Shown: positions 41,299 to 52,165, numbered from the stretch's first letter. The stretch: DNA of 64,000 nucleotides from Candidatus Latescibacterota bacterium (GCA_964291625.2 OZ220089.1:3040001-3104000), one strand, 5' to 3'. Program-made: numbers and translations. Notes: generated from the letters alone by a model not told the origin.

Positions 41299-42507
41299 AT
41301 GAACCGCGAGTACTCAGTACGCGCCGTGCGCTGCGATCACCGGGCCCCCGACGAGGAAGTCTACGAGGCGCTGAAGCGCGCCACCGACCCCCTGACCCGG
41401 TCCTGGGAGAAGCTGGAGAGGGCGGGGCGCATCGCCCTCAAGTTCAACATGGGCCACACCAAGGTGGAGGAGTTCGAGGGCCGCCGCCGGGAGCTGGTGG
41501 ACGACGCCGTCTGCCGCGCCGTGCTGCGCCTGCTCCGGGAACGGACCTCGGCGAGCCTGGTGGCCAGCGACACCTTCGGACGCGAAGCCGACGGGCAGAC
41601 CACTCCCTACTTCAACTACAAGCCCCTCCTCGACGAGTTCGGCGTCGAGTACGACGAGTCGAACCTGCCTCCCTTCGCCGAGTACGACGTGCCGGGGGGC
41701 GGCTACATGTTCCGGCGCTACACCCTCAGCCGCTGCTGGAAGGAGGCGGACGAGGTGATCTCCGTGGCCAAGATGAAGAACCACCTCTTCATGGGAGTCA
41801 CCCTGTGCATGAAGAACCTCTTCGGCCTGACGCCGACGGTCCGGCCCGAGGGGCGCGTGCGCACCTACTTCCACCACGCCATCCGGCTGTCGTACGTGCT
41901 GCCCGACCTGGCGCGCATCACCAACCCCTGCCTCAACATCATCGACGCCCTCACCGGCCAGTGGGGCCGCGAGTGGGGCGGCGAGGGGCGGGTGTGCGAC
42001 GCCCTGATCGCCGGAGACCAGATCGTGGCCACCGACGCCGTGGGCGCCCACCTGATGGGCCACGATCCCGCCTCGGACTGGCCGCAGCCGCCCTTCCGCC
42101 GCGACCGCAACCACCTCCTCGTGGCCGCCCAAGGCGGGTTCGGCACCGTCGACCTCAACGAGATCGATCTCGTGAGCGAGGTGCAGGCGCCTCTGAACGA
42201 GTTCGACTCGGTGGAGGAGGACCCGCCCGAGCACATGGCCACGGTGCGCGAGACCGCCTGCGAGCAGGGCCTCTGGTACCGGGACCGCCGCCGCGAGATG
42301 GTCGACCGCTACCCGGGCGACTTCATCTATCTGCAGGACGGCGAGGTGAAGTGGAGCGGTGCGGACCCCGCCCACATCGGCAGCCACCGGGACTTCGCCG
42401 GCAGCCGGCCGGGTAGCGCACTCTTCCTGAAGCTGGTCGACCCGGAGGAGCGGGAGGGCGAGCGCTTCGAGGTGTATGAGGAGGGGCTGCGGCGCCTGCG
42501 CGCCTGA
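41299..42507 (+). CDS. DUF362 domain protein
   Basis: IALKFN, VISVAKMKNH...GVTLCMKNLFG, NIIDAL, DQIVATDAVG. Confidence 0.85.
   Translation: MNREYSVRAVRCDHRAPDEEVYEALKRATDPLTRSWEKLERAGRIALKFNMGHTKVEEFEGRRRELVDDAVCRAVLRLLRERTSASLVASDTFGREADGQTTPYFNYKPLLDEFGVEYDESNLPPFAEYDVPGGGYMFRRYTLSRCWKEADEVISVAKMKNHLFMGVTLCMKNLFGLTPTVRPEGRVRTYFHHAIRLSYVLPDLARITNPCLNIIDALTGQWGREWGGEGRVCDALIAGDQIVATDAVGAHLMGHDPASDWPQPPFRRDRNHLLVAAQGGFGTVDLNEIDLVSEVQAPLNEFDSVEEDPPEHMATVRETACEQGLWYRDRRREMVDRYPGDFIYLQDGEVKWSGADPAHIGSHRDFAGSRPGSALFLKLVDPEEREGERFEVYEEGLRRLRA
42196..42330. repeat. DUF362 internal segment duplicated at 52166-52300
   Basis: aacgagttcgactcggtggaggaggacccgcccgagcacatggc... is present at both sites. 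Confidence 0.9.
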
Positions 42508-42532
42508 TCGGAGGCCGGCGACCTCAGGGCTC

Positions 42533-43064
42533 TTACTCGGCCATCCCCAGGCGATACCCGACCTTGGATTCGTTGAAGATGTAGGTGGGTTTCCGGGCTT
42601 CGTCTCCCAGCTTGCGGCGGATGCTCTTCACGGTCGAGCGCAACGTCCACCGGTCGGCGGAAGGCGGCAGGCCCCAGACCTGCTGCAGCAGATCGTCGTA
42701 GGCCACCGGCGTTCCCACATCGACGGCAAGCTCCACCAGCAGCCGGTACTCGGTGTCCCTCAACGGTACCCGCCGTCCGGCCAGGGTCACCCTTCTTCGG
42801 GCGTAGTCGACCGTCAACTTTCCGCCCCTCGGGCAAGTCCCCAGGGCCGCCGGTCCTCCTCCGTCATCCCGGAGGAGAGGAAGTCCCGGGGACTACGCGA
42901 ATCGTCCAGGAAGGTCATCACTCCGTAGCGGGCTCCCGTCAGCGACCGGGCCGAGTCCAGGCCCCTTGCAGCACCGTGGGGTAGTCAAGGCTCTCGTTGA
43001 TGCGCAGGCTGGCCTGGCTCAACCGGGTCAGGCGCTCCCGCAGGACCTCGTGGTCCCGTTCCAT
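42533..43064 (-). pseudogene. Internally deleted copy of the hybrid kinase-regulator (GAF start fused to winged helix)
   Basis: 42533-42817 matches the C-terminus and ~42822-43064 the N-terminus of 52338-54716; about 1.85 kb is missing, with frameshifts. Confidence 0.88.
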
Positions 43065-43139
43065 ACTCGTCACCTCAGCAGGGGGGAAGAGGAACCAGTT
43101 GCGCCTCTGAGGCCTGATTTCCGAGCGCAACTCGTCCAA

Positions 43140-43230
43140 GAAAAGGCCACTTTCCACCACTTTCCACCCAAATACCATCAAAAGGCCCCTTATTTACACC
43201 TATTTCCCACTTCGGGGGAGTATATTTTCT
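43140..43230 (+). promoter_or_regulatory. Divergent promoter region with tandem repeat (ccactttcca)x2 and a TATATT -10-like box
   Basis: Repeat at 43147-43166 and tatatt at 43221-43226. Homologous to 54770-54840 (tacatt). Confidence 0.5.
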
Positions 43231-43432
43231 GAGAGACACCATTGTCGTATCCACGCCTGTTGTGTCCACGCCCGCACCGCCTACCGGGGCGGACGCGGAG
43301 ACGCGGCGGATACGCTGCAGATCGACGGATCGGGACAGGTGTCTTTCGAGCACGAGGCGCCGGACTACTCGGGGTGGCCTCAGGCTTTTCGGGCCAACAC
43401 CGCAGGTCATCTGACTCAACTGGAGAGGAACC

Positions 43433-46400
43433 ATGAAGGCACATTCACTTGCGGCCACTCTGATTCTGGCCCTCATACTAGGCACCCATGCCCAAGCCGT
43501 CGCCCAGTCCACGTGGACCATCAGCGAGGAGCCGGAGAACGGCGTCTGGGTCCAGAAGGATGGCAACCGTTTCTTCGCCGTTGGGCTTTGGGTATCCGAG
43601 CTCAACCGCGGTCTTGTCAAGAGGTTGCAGGCACAACCAGATGGGGACTCGAACTATGACCACTTCAATGTTGTGTACGTGCATAGGTTGGGCAGAGCTC
43701 TGGGCCTGGCCGACCCACTTTGCATGCGCAGTGACTGCACGCACCGCGACGGAATTGACGCTCAACTAGCCGACAGAGTTCTCATGAGCGGCGGAGCCAG
43801 TCTGGAATACGCGCTGACAGATAGGTTAGGCGAGGCCAGCGGATCGATCGGCAATTATCGGCCCTACGCGTCCAACGACGACTATTGGATAACCGCAAAT
43901 GGCAGTGAAACGCTCGCCGGTTATACAAAGTCCGATGATTCCGACAACCACGAAATCCTCGCGAATTACATAGGTAGCAAGGTCGTAACTGCCACGGAAG
44001 AGAAGCTCACGCAAGATGGGCTGGCTGGGTTGAGCGATGATTATATGGCAGATGAGCCTGAAGTGTACCGACAACACTGGTACTTGCCACCCAGTGTACT
44101 GGAGGCATACTACAAGAAGATCATAACGAATCCAAGTCCACGAAGACTTGCTGCCGTAGGATATGGCCCAATTCACGGGAATACTTATTTTTATGATCTC
44201 TGTATTCGGCAGAATCCTTCTGGTTTTCCGCGCCCATCAGACGTGCACTTCCCTCTTAATCGACACTTCGATTCTTGCATTGCCACTTGTGAGGGGAAGC
44301 CCAAGTCTGAGCAGGAGGGATGTAAGAAGAAGTGCATTGATCTAGACGACTATAAGAGAGCATATGAGACAGCACTTGGTATGGATGGGATGGCCACGAT
44401 CACCTCGTGTGGAGACCCGACCGTGACCGATGACACTGCTCCCAGTGGGAGTTATAATCCCAGATCGAGCGATGATTCCAATCTCGCAACCCATGTCCAA
44501 CAAGTAGTCAGACATTACAAGGACTATACCGACATACACATGATCAATAGCTATGCGGCGATCAATAAGGATGTCGCAAATGCCGGCAAGATTGTCAGTG
44601 CCATCAAGGCCGAGAGTCCCAAGCCTGTATGGATGTGGTTTCATGGCAGATATATGTTCGACGACCTGAACGACGAGGGGGACAACCGTCGTTCCTTTGA
44701 AGAGATAAGGGCGCAGGTGTACACTGCGATAGCGAGCGAGGCAACGGGAGTAATGATCTATACCGACGGAGAGACCTCCTCGACAGATCTGAGATATGCG
44801 GGGCGGCTCGCCGCTGCCTTGCACAGAAACCGGGACATACTGAGTGCCAAATATGGCACGACCGGCACAGTCCAGTGTGGTACAGCAGGTACAGGAGTGG
44901 CCTACTATGCAGTCAAAGCGGTGTCGAGAGGGGAGTCGACGGATGAGTATCTGCTGATCAGCAATCCGACGAACGGTACCTGCGAGGTTTCCTTGCCTCG
45001 TAGTCTTGGGGGACCTGTATCCTTGGGAGCCCGCGAGTCTCGGATCAGGCACTTGTTGAACCTGCAGGCGCAGTGGGTTGTCGACGGGGCCCATGTGTTC
45101 GCGCACGACAAGGCGAGGCTGACCTGGGACGACCCCGGCAACACGGCCATCACGGGATGGGAGTATCGGCAGCAGGAGGGCGACTCTGCCTGGGGTGCCT
45201 GGCAGGAGGCGTCTTCCAGCGCGAGTACGGTGACGAAGGTCGTTGAGGGCCTGAACATCTGGCGGACGTACCGGTTCCAGGTTCGGGCCCGCTATGCCGA
45301 CGGCACGGGGCCGGTCCCACTTCCACAATCGGGGGTGGCGGTGCTGTCCCCGTGGCTGGATTTCACGCAGGTGCCGACGGCGGCGCTTCTGGGGGGCGAC
45401 GGCAAGGCGCAGTTCGTGGTGGAGTTTGACTGGCCGGTGGACCGTCCGGATCTGCCGGAGGGCTCGCGGCGGATTCTGCCGGGGAATCTCCAGGTGCAGG
45501 TTGTGACGGTCCCGGCGACGGGGGAGAAAACGGAGAGCGAGTTCGTGGCCCTGTCCTCCATCGAGGAGGTCCTGCCGGGGGCGGCCTTGGCCGAGGCTCC
45601 TCTCGAGGACCTGCCGCCGGGCGAGGAGCCGGCCTCCGGCGAGGCGGGCGCCCGCGCTTCGAGCGCTTCCTCCCGGGCGGTCTCGTCCTTCGGGGTGTCG
45701 GGCCTGAAGAACGGCGTGACCTACCAGTTCAAGGTGCGCCTGGTCCGTCCGGACGGGGTGACGGGCCCGGCGTCGGCAACCGGCTCGTTGCTCGGTCTGC
45801 GGCAGAGACGCACCGGGGCCGTGGCGTTGAGCTGGACCGTTCCGGCCGATCCGGGCAAGTCGGCCATCACGGCCTGGCAGTACCGGCAGCAGGCCGGCAG
45901 CGAGTCGTGGGGGTTGTGGCAGAGTGTGACCCGCAGCACGGGGTCGACGACGTCGCATACGGTGACGGGCCTCGGCGCGGCGGAGACCTACCGGTTCCAG
46001 GTGCGGGGGATCGGGCCGGGGGGGCCGTTTGCGGAATCGTTCACGGTGTCGGCTCCGGCGGTGCCGTCGCCGCCGCAGAATTTCACGGCGGTGGCCGGGG
46101 ACGGGCAGGTGTTGGTGACCTGGCAGGCGCCGGCGTCGACGGGGGGGTCGTCCCTGCTGGGCTATCACTACAAGGAGAGCGGCGGCGGGCGCACGACGGG
46201 CTGGATCGAGTTCCAGAAGAGTTGGACTCGCTACCTGCCGCAGAATCTGAAGAACGGGGTGGCCTACACCATCGAGGTGCGGGCCTACAACGGGGCGGGG
46301 GCGGGGGCGTCGGTGGACACGACGGTCACGCCGGCGGGGGCGCCGCGGGCGCCGGGGGACTTCACGGCGGCGCCCGGCGACGGGCAGGTGGCGTTGAGTT

Positions 46401-49400
46401 GGACCGCGGCCGACTCGAACGGCGCACCGATCACCGCCTACGAGGTTCAGTATGCCCCCAAGAGCCACTCGGGGGCCGAGGTGGACTGGTCGGACGTGAC
46501 CTGGTCGGTGGTGCCGGGGGATTCGACGGCGCGGGACACGACGATCACCGAGCTGAGCAACGGCACGCCGTATGGGTTCCGGGTGGCGGCCCGGAACCGG
46601 GTGAACCTCGGGACCCCGGCCGAGAAGGAGGCGACGCCGCAGGGCAACCGGGGCAACCGGCCGCCGGTGATCACGGCGCCGGACACGGTGTGGTTCGCCG
46701 AACACCGCAGCGACTCGGTGGCCACGCTGTCGGCCGCGGATCCGGAAGACGACGCCGTCACCTGGTCGCACGCGGGGGCGGATGTGGACCGCTTCGAGGT
46801 GCGGGGGGACAGCCTCTACTTCAAGATGACGCCCGCCTTCCCGTCGCCCGACTTCGAGGCGCCGGCGGACGCGGACGAGGACAACTTCTACCAGGTGACG
46901 CTCACGGCCACCGACGACGGGGAGCCGGCGGCCTCGGCCTCCCACGCCATGACGGTGGCGGTGACCAACGCGCCGGAGGCGGGCCGGGTGACCCTGAACA
47001 CGATGGAGCCGAGGGTGGGCATGCACCTGACGGCCACCCTGACCGACCCGGACCAAGGCGTGGCCCACGACCGCTGGAGCTGGGAGGAGCTGGACGGCGC
47101 CTCGTCCGCCCGGCAGCGGACGCAGCCCCCGGCGCAGAGCCAGCGCTACACGGTGGAGGACCGGGTCAAGGGCCGGCGCCTGCTGGCCAAGGTCACCTAT
47201 ACCGACGGGCATGGTCCGGACCGGGCGGTCAGCGACACCACGGCGGCGGTGCGGGCGAACGTGCCGGGCCCGCCGGGCGACCTGCAGGCCGAGGAGGGCG
47301 ACGAACAGGTGGAGCTGACCTGGACGGCGGCGGCGGCCCACGGCTCGGCCATCGACCGCTACGAGTTGCGCTACCGCCGCAGCGAGTCGAGCTGGGCCGG
47401 CCGCGACTGGTCGGAGGTCCCGGGCGGGGGCGGCGCCCGGGACACCACGGTGACGGGTCTGACCAACGACATCGAGTACGTGTTCCAGGTGTGGGCCCAC
47501 AATGGCGAGGGCTACGGCCGGGCGGACAGTGTCCGGGCGACGCCGCAGGGCAACCGCGGCAACCGGCCCCCGGTGATCACGGAACCTGACACGGTGTGGT
47601 TCGCCGAACACCGCACCGACTCGGTGGCCACGCTGTCGGCCACGGACCCGGAAGGCCAGGCCATCGCCTGGTCGCACGCGGGGGCCGATGTCGGGTTGTT
47701 CAAGGTGCGGGGGGACAGCCTCTACTTCAAGATGACGCCCGACTTCGAGGCGCCGGCGGACGCGGACGAGGACAACTTCTACCAGGTGACGCTCACGGCC
47801 ACCGACGACGGCGAGCCGGCGGCCTCGGCTTCCCACGACATGACGGTGGCGGTAACCAACGCGCCGGAGGCGGGCCGGGTGACTCTGAACACGACGCAGC
47901 CGAGGGTGGGCATGCACCTGACGGCCACCCTGACCGACCCGGACCAAGGCGTGATCAACGACCGCTGGAGCTGGGAGGAGCTGGGCGGCGCGTCCTCCGC
48001 CGGGCAGCGGACGCAGCCCCCGGCGCAGAGCCAGCGCTACACGGTGGAGGACCGGGTCAAGGGCCGGCGCCTGCTGGCCAAGGTCACCTATACCGACGGG
48101 CATGGTCCGGACCAGGCGGTCAGCGACACCACGGCGGCGGTGCGGGCCAACGTGCCGGGGGCGCCTGGGTCTCTGCAAGCGACGGCCGGCGACGGCCGGG
48201 TGACCCTGGGCTGGACCGTGGCCGACAGCAACGGGGCGTGGATCACCGGGTATGCCTACCGGGACAGTGCCCACACGGCCGGGTCCACGTGGTCGGCGTG
48301 GCCCGAGACCCCGCCGATCGCCGGCGATGCCACGAGCCACCCCGTCACGGGGCTGGACAACGGCACTGGGTACACCTTCGAGGTGCGGGCCGTCAATCCG
48401 GTGGGCGCAGGGCCGGCCTCGAGCCCGGCCTCGGCCACGCCGGACGCGGACCCGGAATGCGTGATCACGGTCTCGGAGGTCTCGAAGACGGATGTTCCGG
48501 AAAACTCGACGCCCACGGTCGGGGTGTACGAGGCGTCGGCCAATTCGTCCTGCGGCCCTCTGACGTGGAGCCGGACGGGCTCGGACGCCAGCAGGTTCCA
48601 GGAGCTGCGCGCTGTGACCGGGCACCCCAACCGGAGGTCCCTGCACTTCGTCTCGGCGCCCAACTACGAGGAGAAGCGCATCTACTCCGTCACGATCCGG
48701 GTGAGCGATCCGTCCGGCAGCGCGGGCACTTTCCCGAGGGTGGTCCGGGTGACCGACGTCAACGAGCCGCCGGTGATCACGGGGCCGGCCAGCAAGTCGG
48801 TGCCCGAGAATACCCCCACGACGACCACGGTGGCCACCTACACCGCCACCGATCCGGAGGGCCACAGCGTTACCTGGAGTGTTCTGGGCACGGACGCCGC
48901 CGACTTCCAGGATCTCTCCGACAGCGGGGCCTTGCGCTTCGGCTCGGTACCAAACTTCGAGTCGGCCGCCGATGCGGACACCGACAACAGCTACAGCCTC
49001 AACGTCGTGGCCACGGACAACGGCTCGCCGACGGCGTCCTCGAGCAAGCCGGTGACGGTGACGGTGACCAACCGGCCCGAGGCAGGCCGGATCACCCTGT
49101 CCCCATCCACGCCGATGACGTGCGCCCACGTGAACGCCACCCTCGAGGACGTCGACGGCGGGATCACTACGCAGGCTTCCGCATCTCCGACGACTCCGCC
49201 GACGTTCACCTACGGATGGAAGTGGGTCCCGCCGAGCGCGGGGCCCAGCGGTTCGTCGGGGACCTCCACGACCCGGAGCTACCTGCCGGCCAATTCGAGC
49301 GTGGGCCAGACGGTGCAGGTGACCGTGAGATACGGGGATCGGGCCTCGGACCGGAATACGGCCACCCTGACCTCGGGGGCGGTGGCCGCCAACACCCCGC

Positions 49401-52135
49401 GAACGCCGACCGGTCTGAAATCGACGGGGGGCGACCGGCAGGTTTCCCTGTCCTGGAGAGCCCCGGACAACTGCGGCTCGACGATCACGGGGTATCGGTA
49501 TTGGTACCGGAAGAAGTCGCAGGCGGCGTGGGAGGACAGCGGGGACGCGGCGGGCACGTCGGTGACGGTTCCGGGGCTCGACAACGACGTGCCCTACCGC
49601 TTCGAGATCCGGGCCGCCAACGGCGCCGGCCGGAGCCTGGCGGCGGGCATCGACGGGACCCCGGTGCCCTGTGTCCTGTCGCTGTCGGGCCCGACCGATG
49701 TGAATTACGCCGAGAACGGCACCGGATCGGTGGGCACCTACAGGGTCACGCGTTCGAGCGCCTGCGATGCGACGCTCCCGCTCACGTGGTCGCGGGCGGG
49801 GACCGACGCCAGTGACTTCCGCGAGCTGTCCGGTACCGGGTCGTCCCGATCGCTGAGATTCAACAGTGCGCCCAACTACGAGGCCAAGAGTTCCTACAGC
49901 GTGACCGTGCAGGTCACCGACGGGTCGGCGTCGGCGAGTCGTCCGGTGACGGTGACCGTGACCAACCAGCCCGAGGCAGGCCGGATCACCCTGTCCCCGT
50001 CGACGCCGATGACGTGCGCCCATGTGAACGCCACCCTCCAGGACGTCGACGGCGGGATCACTACGCAGGCTTCCGCATCTCCGACGACTCCGCCGACGTT
50101 CACCTACGGATGGGAGTGGGTCCCGCCGAGCGCGGGGCCCAGCGGTTCGTCGGGGACCTCCACGACCCGGAGCTACCTGCCGGCCAATTCGAGCGTGGGC
50201 CAGACGGTGCAGGTGACCGTGAGATACGGGGATCGGGCCTCGGACCGGAATACGGCCACCCTGACCTCGGGGGCGGTGGCCGCCAACACCCCGCGAACGC
50301 CGACCGGTCTGAAATCGACGGGGGGCGACCGGCAGGTTTCCCTGTCCTGGAGAGCCCCGGACAACTGCGGCTCGACGATCACGGGGTATCGGTATTGGTA
50401 CCGAAAGAAGTCGCAGACGGCGTGGGAGGACAGCGGGGGCACGGCGGGTACGTCGGTGACGGTTCCGGGGCTCGACAACGACGTGCCGTACCGCTTCGAG
50501 ATCCGGGCCGCCAACGGGGCCGGCCGGAGCCTGGCGGCGGGCATCGACGGGACCCCGGTGCCCTGTGTCCTGTCACTGTCGGGCCCGACCGATGTGAATT
50601 ACGCCGAGAACGGCACCGGATCGGTGGGCACCTACAGGGTCACGCGTTCGAGCTCCTGCGATGCGACGCTCCCGCTCACGTGGTCGCGGGCGGGGACCAA
50701 CGCCTCGGCCTTCAAGTTGACCGGCACCGGGTCGTCCCGATCGCTGCGTTTCAACAGTGCGCCCAACTACGAGGCCAAGAGTTCCTACAGCGTGACCGTG
50801 CAGGTCACCGACGGGTCGGCGTCGGCGAGTCGTCCGGTGACGGTGACCGTGACCAACGCCGACGACCCGGGGGTCGTCACCCTGGATCGCGGCCGTCCCA
50901 AGGTGGGAGAGCATGTCACGGCCACCCTCACCGACGAGGACGGAGGCATCACCGGGCCGACCTGGTCCTGGAGTACCGAAAGCGGCGCCGCCGGCCAGGC
51001 CTCCTCGGTGCAGTCGTTCCGCTACACGGTGCCGTCCTCCGACGTCGGCCAGCGTCTGCAGGCGTCGGTCAGCTACACGGACAACCACGGGTCGGGCAAG
51101 AGCGCGTCCGGCCGGTCCAGCGTCGTGCGGGCGAACACGCCCACGGCGCCCCCGGGCTTCCGCGCCGTGCGCGGCAACGGGCAGGTCGCCCTCTCCTGGG
51201 GCGCGGCCGACGGCCGGGGCGCCGCCGTCGACCGCTACGACATCCGCCGCGCGGGGGCGGGCTGGACGGCCGTGCCCGGCGCCGGCAGCGCCCGCGACAC
51301 GACGGTGACGGGGCTGACCAACGGCACGTCGTACGCCTTCGAGGTCCGGGCCCACAACGGCGCCGGCAACGGCGCCGCCTCCAGCGCCTCGGCGACGCCG
51401 GCCACCTTGCCCGGGGCGCCGACGAACCTGGCCACCGACCGGCAGGGCGGCAACGGATTCATGGAGCTGACCTGGGGCGAGGCGCCGGCCAATGGCTCGC
51501 CCGTCCTGCACTACTACTACCGCTACAAGAAGACCAGCGACACCGGCTGGCGCGGCTGGTACCGCCGCGCCGGCGGGGCGGACGCGCGCAGCAAGTCGTG
51601 GAGCAACTTCGACGACGGCGCCTCGTACGTCTTCCAGGTGCGGGCCCGCAACGGGGTCGGCTACGGCACCACCGCCCAGATCTCGGCGGCGCCCCTCGGG
51701 CCCGGCGGCACGGCCGACGACGACGGGGCCGGCGGGCACGTAGAGACCGAGGACGAGCTGATGCCCGAGGGCGAGGTCCCCGAGCCCGGCGAAGACGAAG
51801 TGGTGGTCGTCGCCAAGCCGGTGGCCGAGGGGCCGGCCGGCTGGCTGGCGGCGGCCGACTCGCTGGCGGTGCGCTCCGCGCCCAACCCCTTCAACCCGAG
51901 CACCACCCTCCACTTCCAGCTGCCGGAGGCAGGCCCGGTGACCCTGACCGTCTACAACGTGGCCGGCCAGGTCGTGGCCGAGCTGGCGCGCGGCGAGGTC
52001 CTGGAGGCCGGGCGGCACGCCCGGGAATGGCACGGCACCGACGAGCGCGGCCGGGCGCTGGCCTCCGGCCTCTATCTCTACCGGCTGATCGCCGGCGGCC
52101 AGGTCCGCGTCGGCAAAATCGCCCTCATCCGATAG
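43433..52135 (+). CDS. Giant secreted protein (2900 aa): glycoside-hydrolase-like head, FN3/cadherin/Ig stalk, C-terminal FlgD-Ig (PNPFN) domain
   Basis: GAGAGGA RBS and signal peptide. Head motifs FFAVGLW, ADEPE, KPVWMW, EIRAQVYTAIASEATGVMIY. Repeated FN3 and cadherin motifs; ends APNPFNP...SGLYLYRL...GKIALIR. Confidence 0.92.
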   Translation: MKAHSLAATLILALILGTHAQAVAQSTWTISEEPENGVWVQKDGNRFFAVGLWVSELNRGLVKRLQAQPDGDSNYDHFNVVYVHRLGRALGLADPLCMRSDCTHRDGIDAQLADRVLMSGGASLEYALTDRLGEASGSIGNYRPYASNDDYWITANGSETLAGYTKSDDSDNHEILANYIGSKVVTATEEKLTQDGLAGLSDDYMADEPEVYRQHWYLPPSVLEAYYKKIITNPSPRRLAAVGYGPIHGNTYFYDLCIRQNPSGFPRPSDVHFPLNRHFDSCIATCEGKPKSEQEGCKKKCIDLDDYKRAYETALGMDGMATITSCGDPTVTDDTAPSGSYNPRSSDDSNLATHVQQVVRHYKDYTDIHMINSYAAINKDVANAGKIVSAIKAESPKPVWMWFHGRYMFDDLNDEGDNRRSFEEIRAQVYTAIASEATGVMIYTDGETSSTDLRYAGRLAAALHRNRDILSAKYGTTGTVQCGTAGTGVAYYAVKAVSRGESTDEYLLISNPTNGTCEVSLPRSLGGPVSLGARESRIRHLLNLQAQWVVDGAHVFAHDKARLTWDDPGNTAITGWEYRQQEGDSAWGAWQEASSSASTVTKVVEGLNIWRTYRFQVRARYADGTGPVPLPQSGVAVLSPWLDFTQVPTAALLGGDGKAQFVVEFDWPVDRPDLPEGSRRILPGNLQVQVVTVPATGEKTESEFVALSSIEEVLPGAALAEAPLEDLPPGEEPASGEAGARASSASSRAVSSFGVSGLKNGVTYQFKVRLVRPDGVTGPASATGSLLGLRQRRTGAVALSWTVPADPGKSAITAWQYRQQAGSESWGLWQSVTRSTGSTTSHTVTGLGAAETYRFQVRGIGPGGPFAESFTVSAPAVPSPPQNFTAVAGDGQVLVTWQAPASTGGSSLLGYHYKESGGGRTTGWIEFQKSWTRYLPQNLKNGVAYTIEVRAYNGAGAGASVDTTVTPAGAPRAPGDFTAAPGDGQVALSWTAADSNGAPITAYEVQYAPKSHSGAEVDWSDVTWSVVPGDSTARDTTITELSNGTPYGFRVAARNRVNLGTPAEKEATPQGNRGNRPPVITAPDTVWFAEHRSDSVATLSAADPEDDAVTWSHAGADVDRFEVRGDSLYFKMTPAFPSPDFEAPADADEDNFYQVTLTATDDGEPAASASHAMTVAVTNAPEAGRVTLNTMEPRVGMHLTATLTDPDQGVAHDRWSWEELDGASSARQRTQPPAQSQRYTVEDRVKGRRLLAKVTYTDGHGPDRAVSDTTAAVRANVPGPPGDLQAEEGDEQVELTWTAAAAHGSAIDRYELRYRRSESSWAGRDWSEVPGGGGARDTTVTGLTNDIEYVFQVWAHNGEGYGRADSVRATPQGNRGNRPPVITEPDTVWFAEHRTDSVATLSATDPEGQAIAWSHAGADVGLFKVRGDSLYFKMTPDFEAPADADEDNFYQVTLTATDDGEPAASASHDMTVAVTNAPEAGRVTLNTTQPRVGMHLTATLTDPDQGVINDRWSWEELGGASSAGQRTQPPAQSQRYTVEDRVKGRRLLAKVTYTDGHGPDQAVSDTTAAVRANVPGAPGSLQATAGDGRVTLGWTVADSNGAWITGYAYRDSAHTAGSTWSAWPETPPIAGDATSHPVTGLDNGTGYTFEVRAVNPVGAGPASSPASATPDADPECVITVSEVSKTDVPENSTPTVGVYEASANSSCGPLTWSRTGSDASRFQELRAVTGHPNRRSLHFVSAPNYEEKRIYSVTIRVSDPSGSAGTFPRVVRVTDVNEPPVITGPASKSVPENTPTTTTVATYTATDPEGHSVTWSVLGTDAADFQDLSDSGALRFGSVPNFESAADADTDNSYSLNVVATDNGSPTASSSKPVTVTVTNRPEAGRITLSPSTPMTCAHVNATLEDVDGGITTQASASPTTPPTFTYGWKWVPPSAGPSGSSGTSTTRSYLPANSSVGQTVQVTVRYGDRASDRNTATLTSGAVAANTPRTPTGLKSTGGDRQVSLSWRAPDNCGSTITGYRYWYRKKSQAAWEDSGDAAGTSVTVPGLDNDVPYRFEIRAANGAGRSLAAGIDGTPVPCVLSLSGPTDVNYAENGTGSVGTYRVTRSSACDATLPLTWSRAGTDASDFRELSGTGSSRSLRFNSAPNYEAKSSYSVTVQVTDGSASASRPVTVTVTNQPEAGRITLSPSTPMTCAHVNATLQDVDGGITTQASASPTTPPTFTYGWEWVPPSAGPSGSSGTSTTRSYLPANSSVGQTVQVTVRYGDRASDRNTATLTSGAVAANTPRTPTGLKSTGGDRQVSLSWRAPDNCGSTITGYRYWYRKKSQTAWEDSGGTAGTSVTVPGLDNDVPYRFEIRAANGAGRSLAAGIDGTPVPCVLSLSGPTDVNYAENGTGSVGTYRVTRSSSCDATLPLTWSRAGTNASAFKLTGTGSSRSLRFNSAPNYEAKSSYSVTVQVTDGSASASRPVTVTVTNADDPGVVTLDRGRPKVGEHVTATLTDEDGGITGPTWSWSTESGAAGQASSVQSFRYTVPSSDVGQRLQASVSYTDNHGSGKSASGRSSVVRANTPTAPPGFRAVRGNGQVALSWGAADGRGAAVDRYDIRRAGAGWTAVPGAGSARDTTVTGLTNGTSYAFEVRAHNGAGNGAASSASATPATLPGAPTNLATDRQGGNGFMELTWGEAPANGSPVLHYYYRYKKTSDTGWRGWYRRAGGADARSKSWSNFDDGASYVFQVRARNGVGYGTTAQISAAPLGPGGTADDDGAGGHVETEDELMPEGEVPEPGEDEVVVVAKPVAEGPAGWLAAADSLAVRSAPNPFNPSTTLHFQLPEAGPVTLTVYNVAGQVVAELARGEVLEAGRHAREWHGTDERGRALASGLYLYRLIAGGQVRVGKIALIR
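46631..48160. repeat. Internal tandem duplication (period 906 bp) in the 2900-aa gene
   Basis: ATPQGNRGNRPPVIT...SDTTAAVRANVPG occurs twice. Confidence 0.88.
49050..50856. repeat. Internal tandem duplication (period 894 bp) in the 2900-aa gene
   Basis: PEAGRITLSPSTPMTCAHVNATL...SASASRPVTVTVTN occurs twice, nearly identical. Confidence 0.9.
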
Positions 52136-52165
52136 GGGGAAAAACAGACAGGAACACGCAACACC

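Noticed and set aside
1-52135. Site-specific invertible segment (shufflon) between the oppositely oriented giant genes
   Set aside because: No recombinase gene or short conserved inversion sites were seen; the homology is diverged coding sequence.
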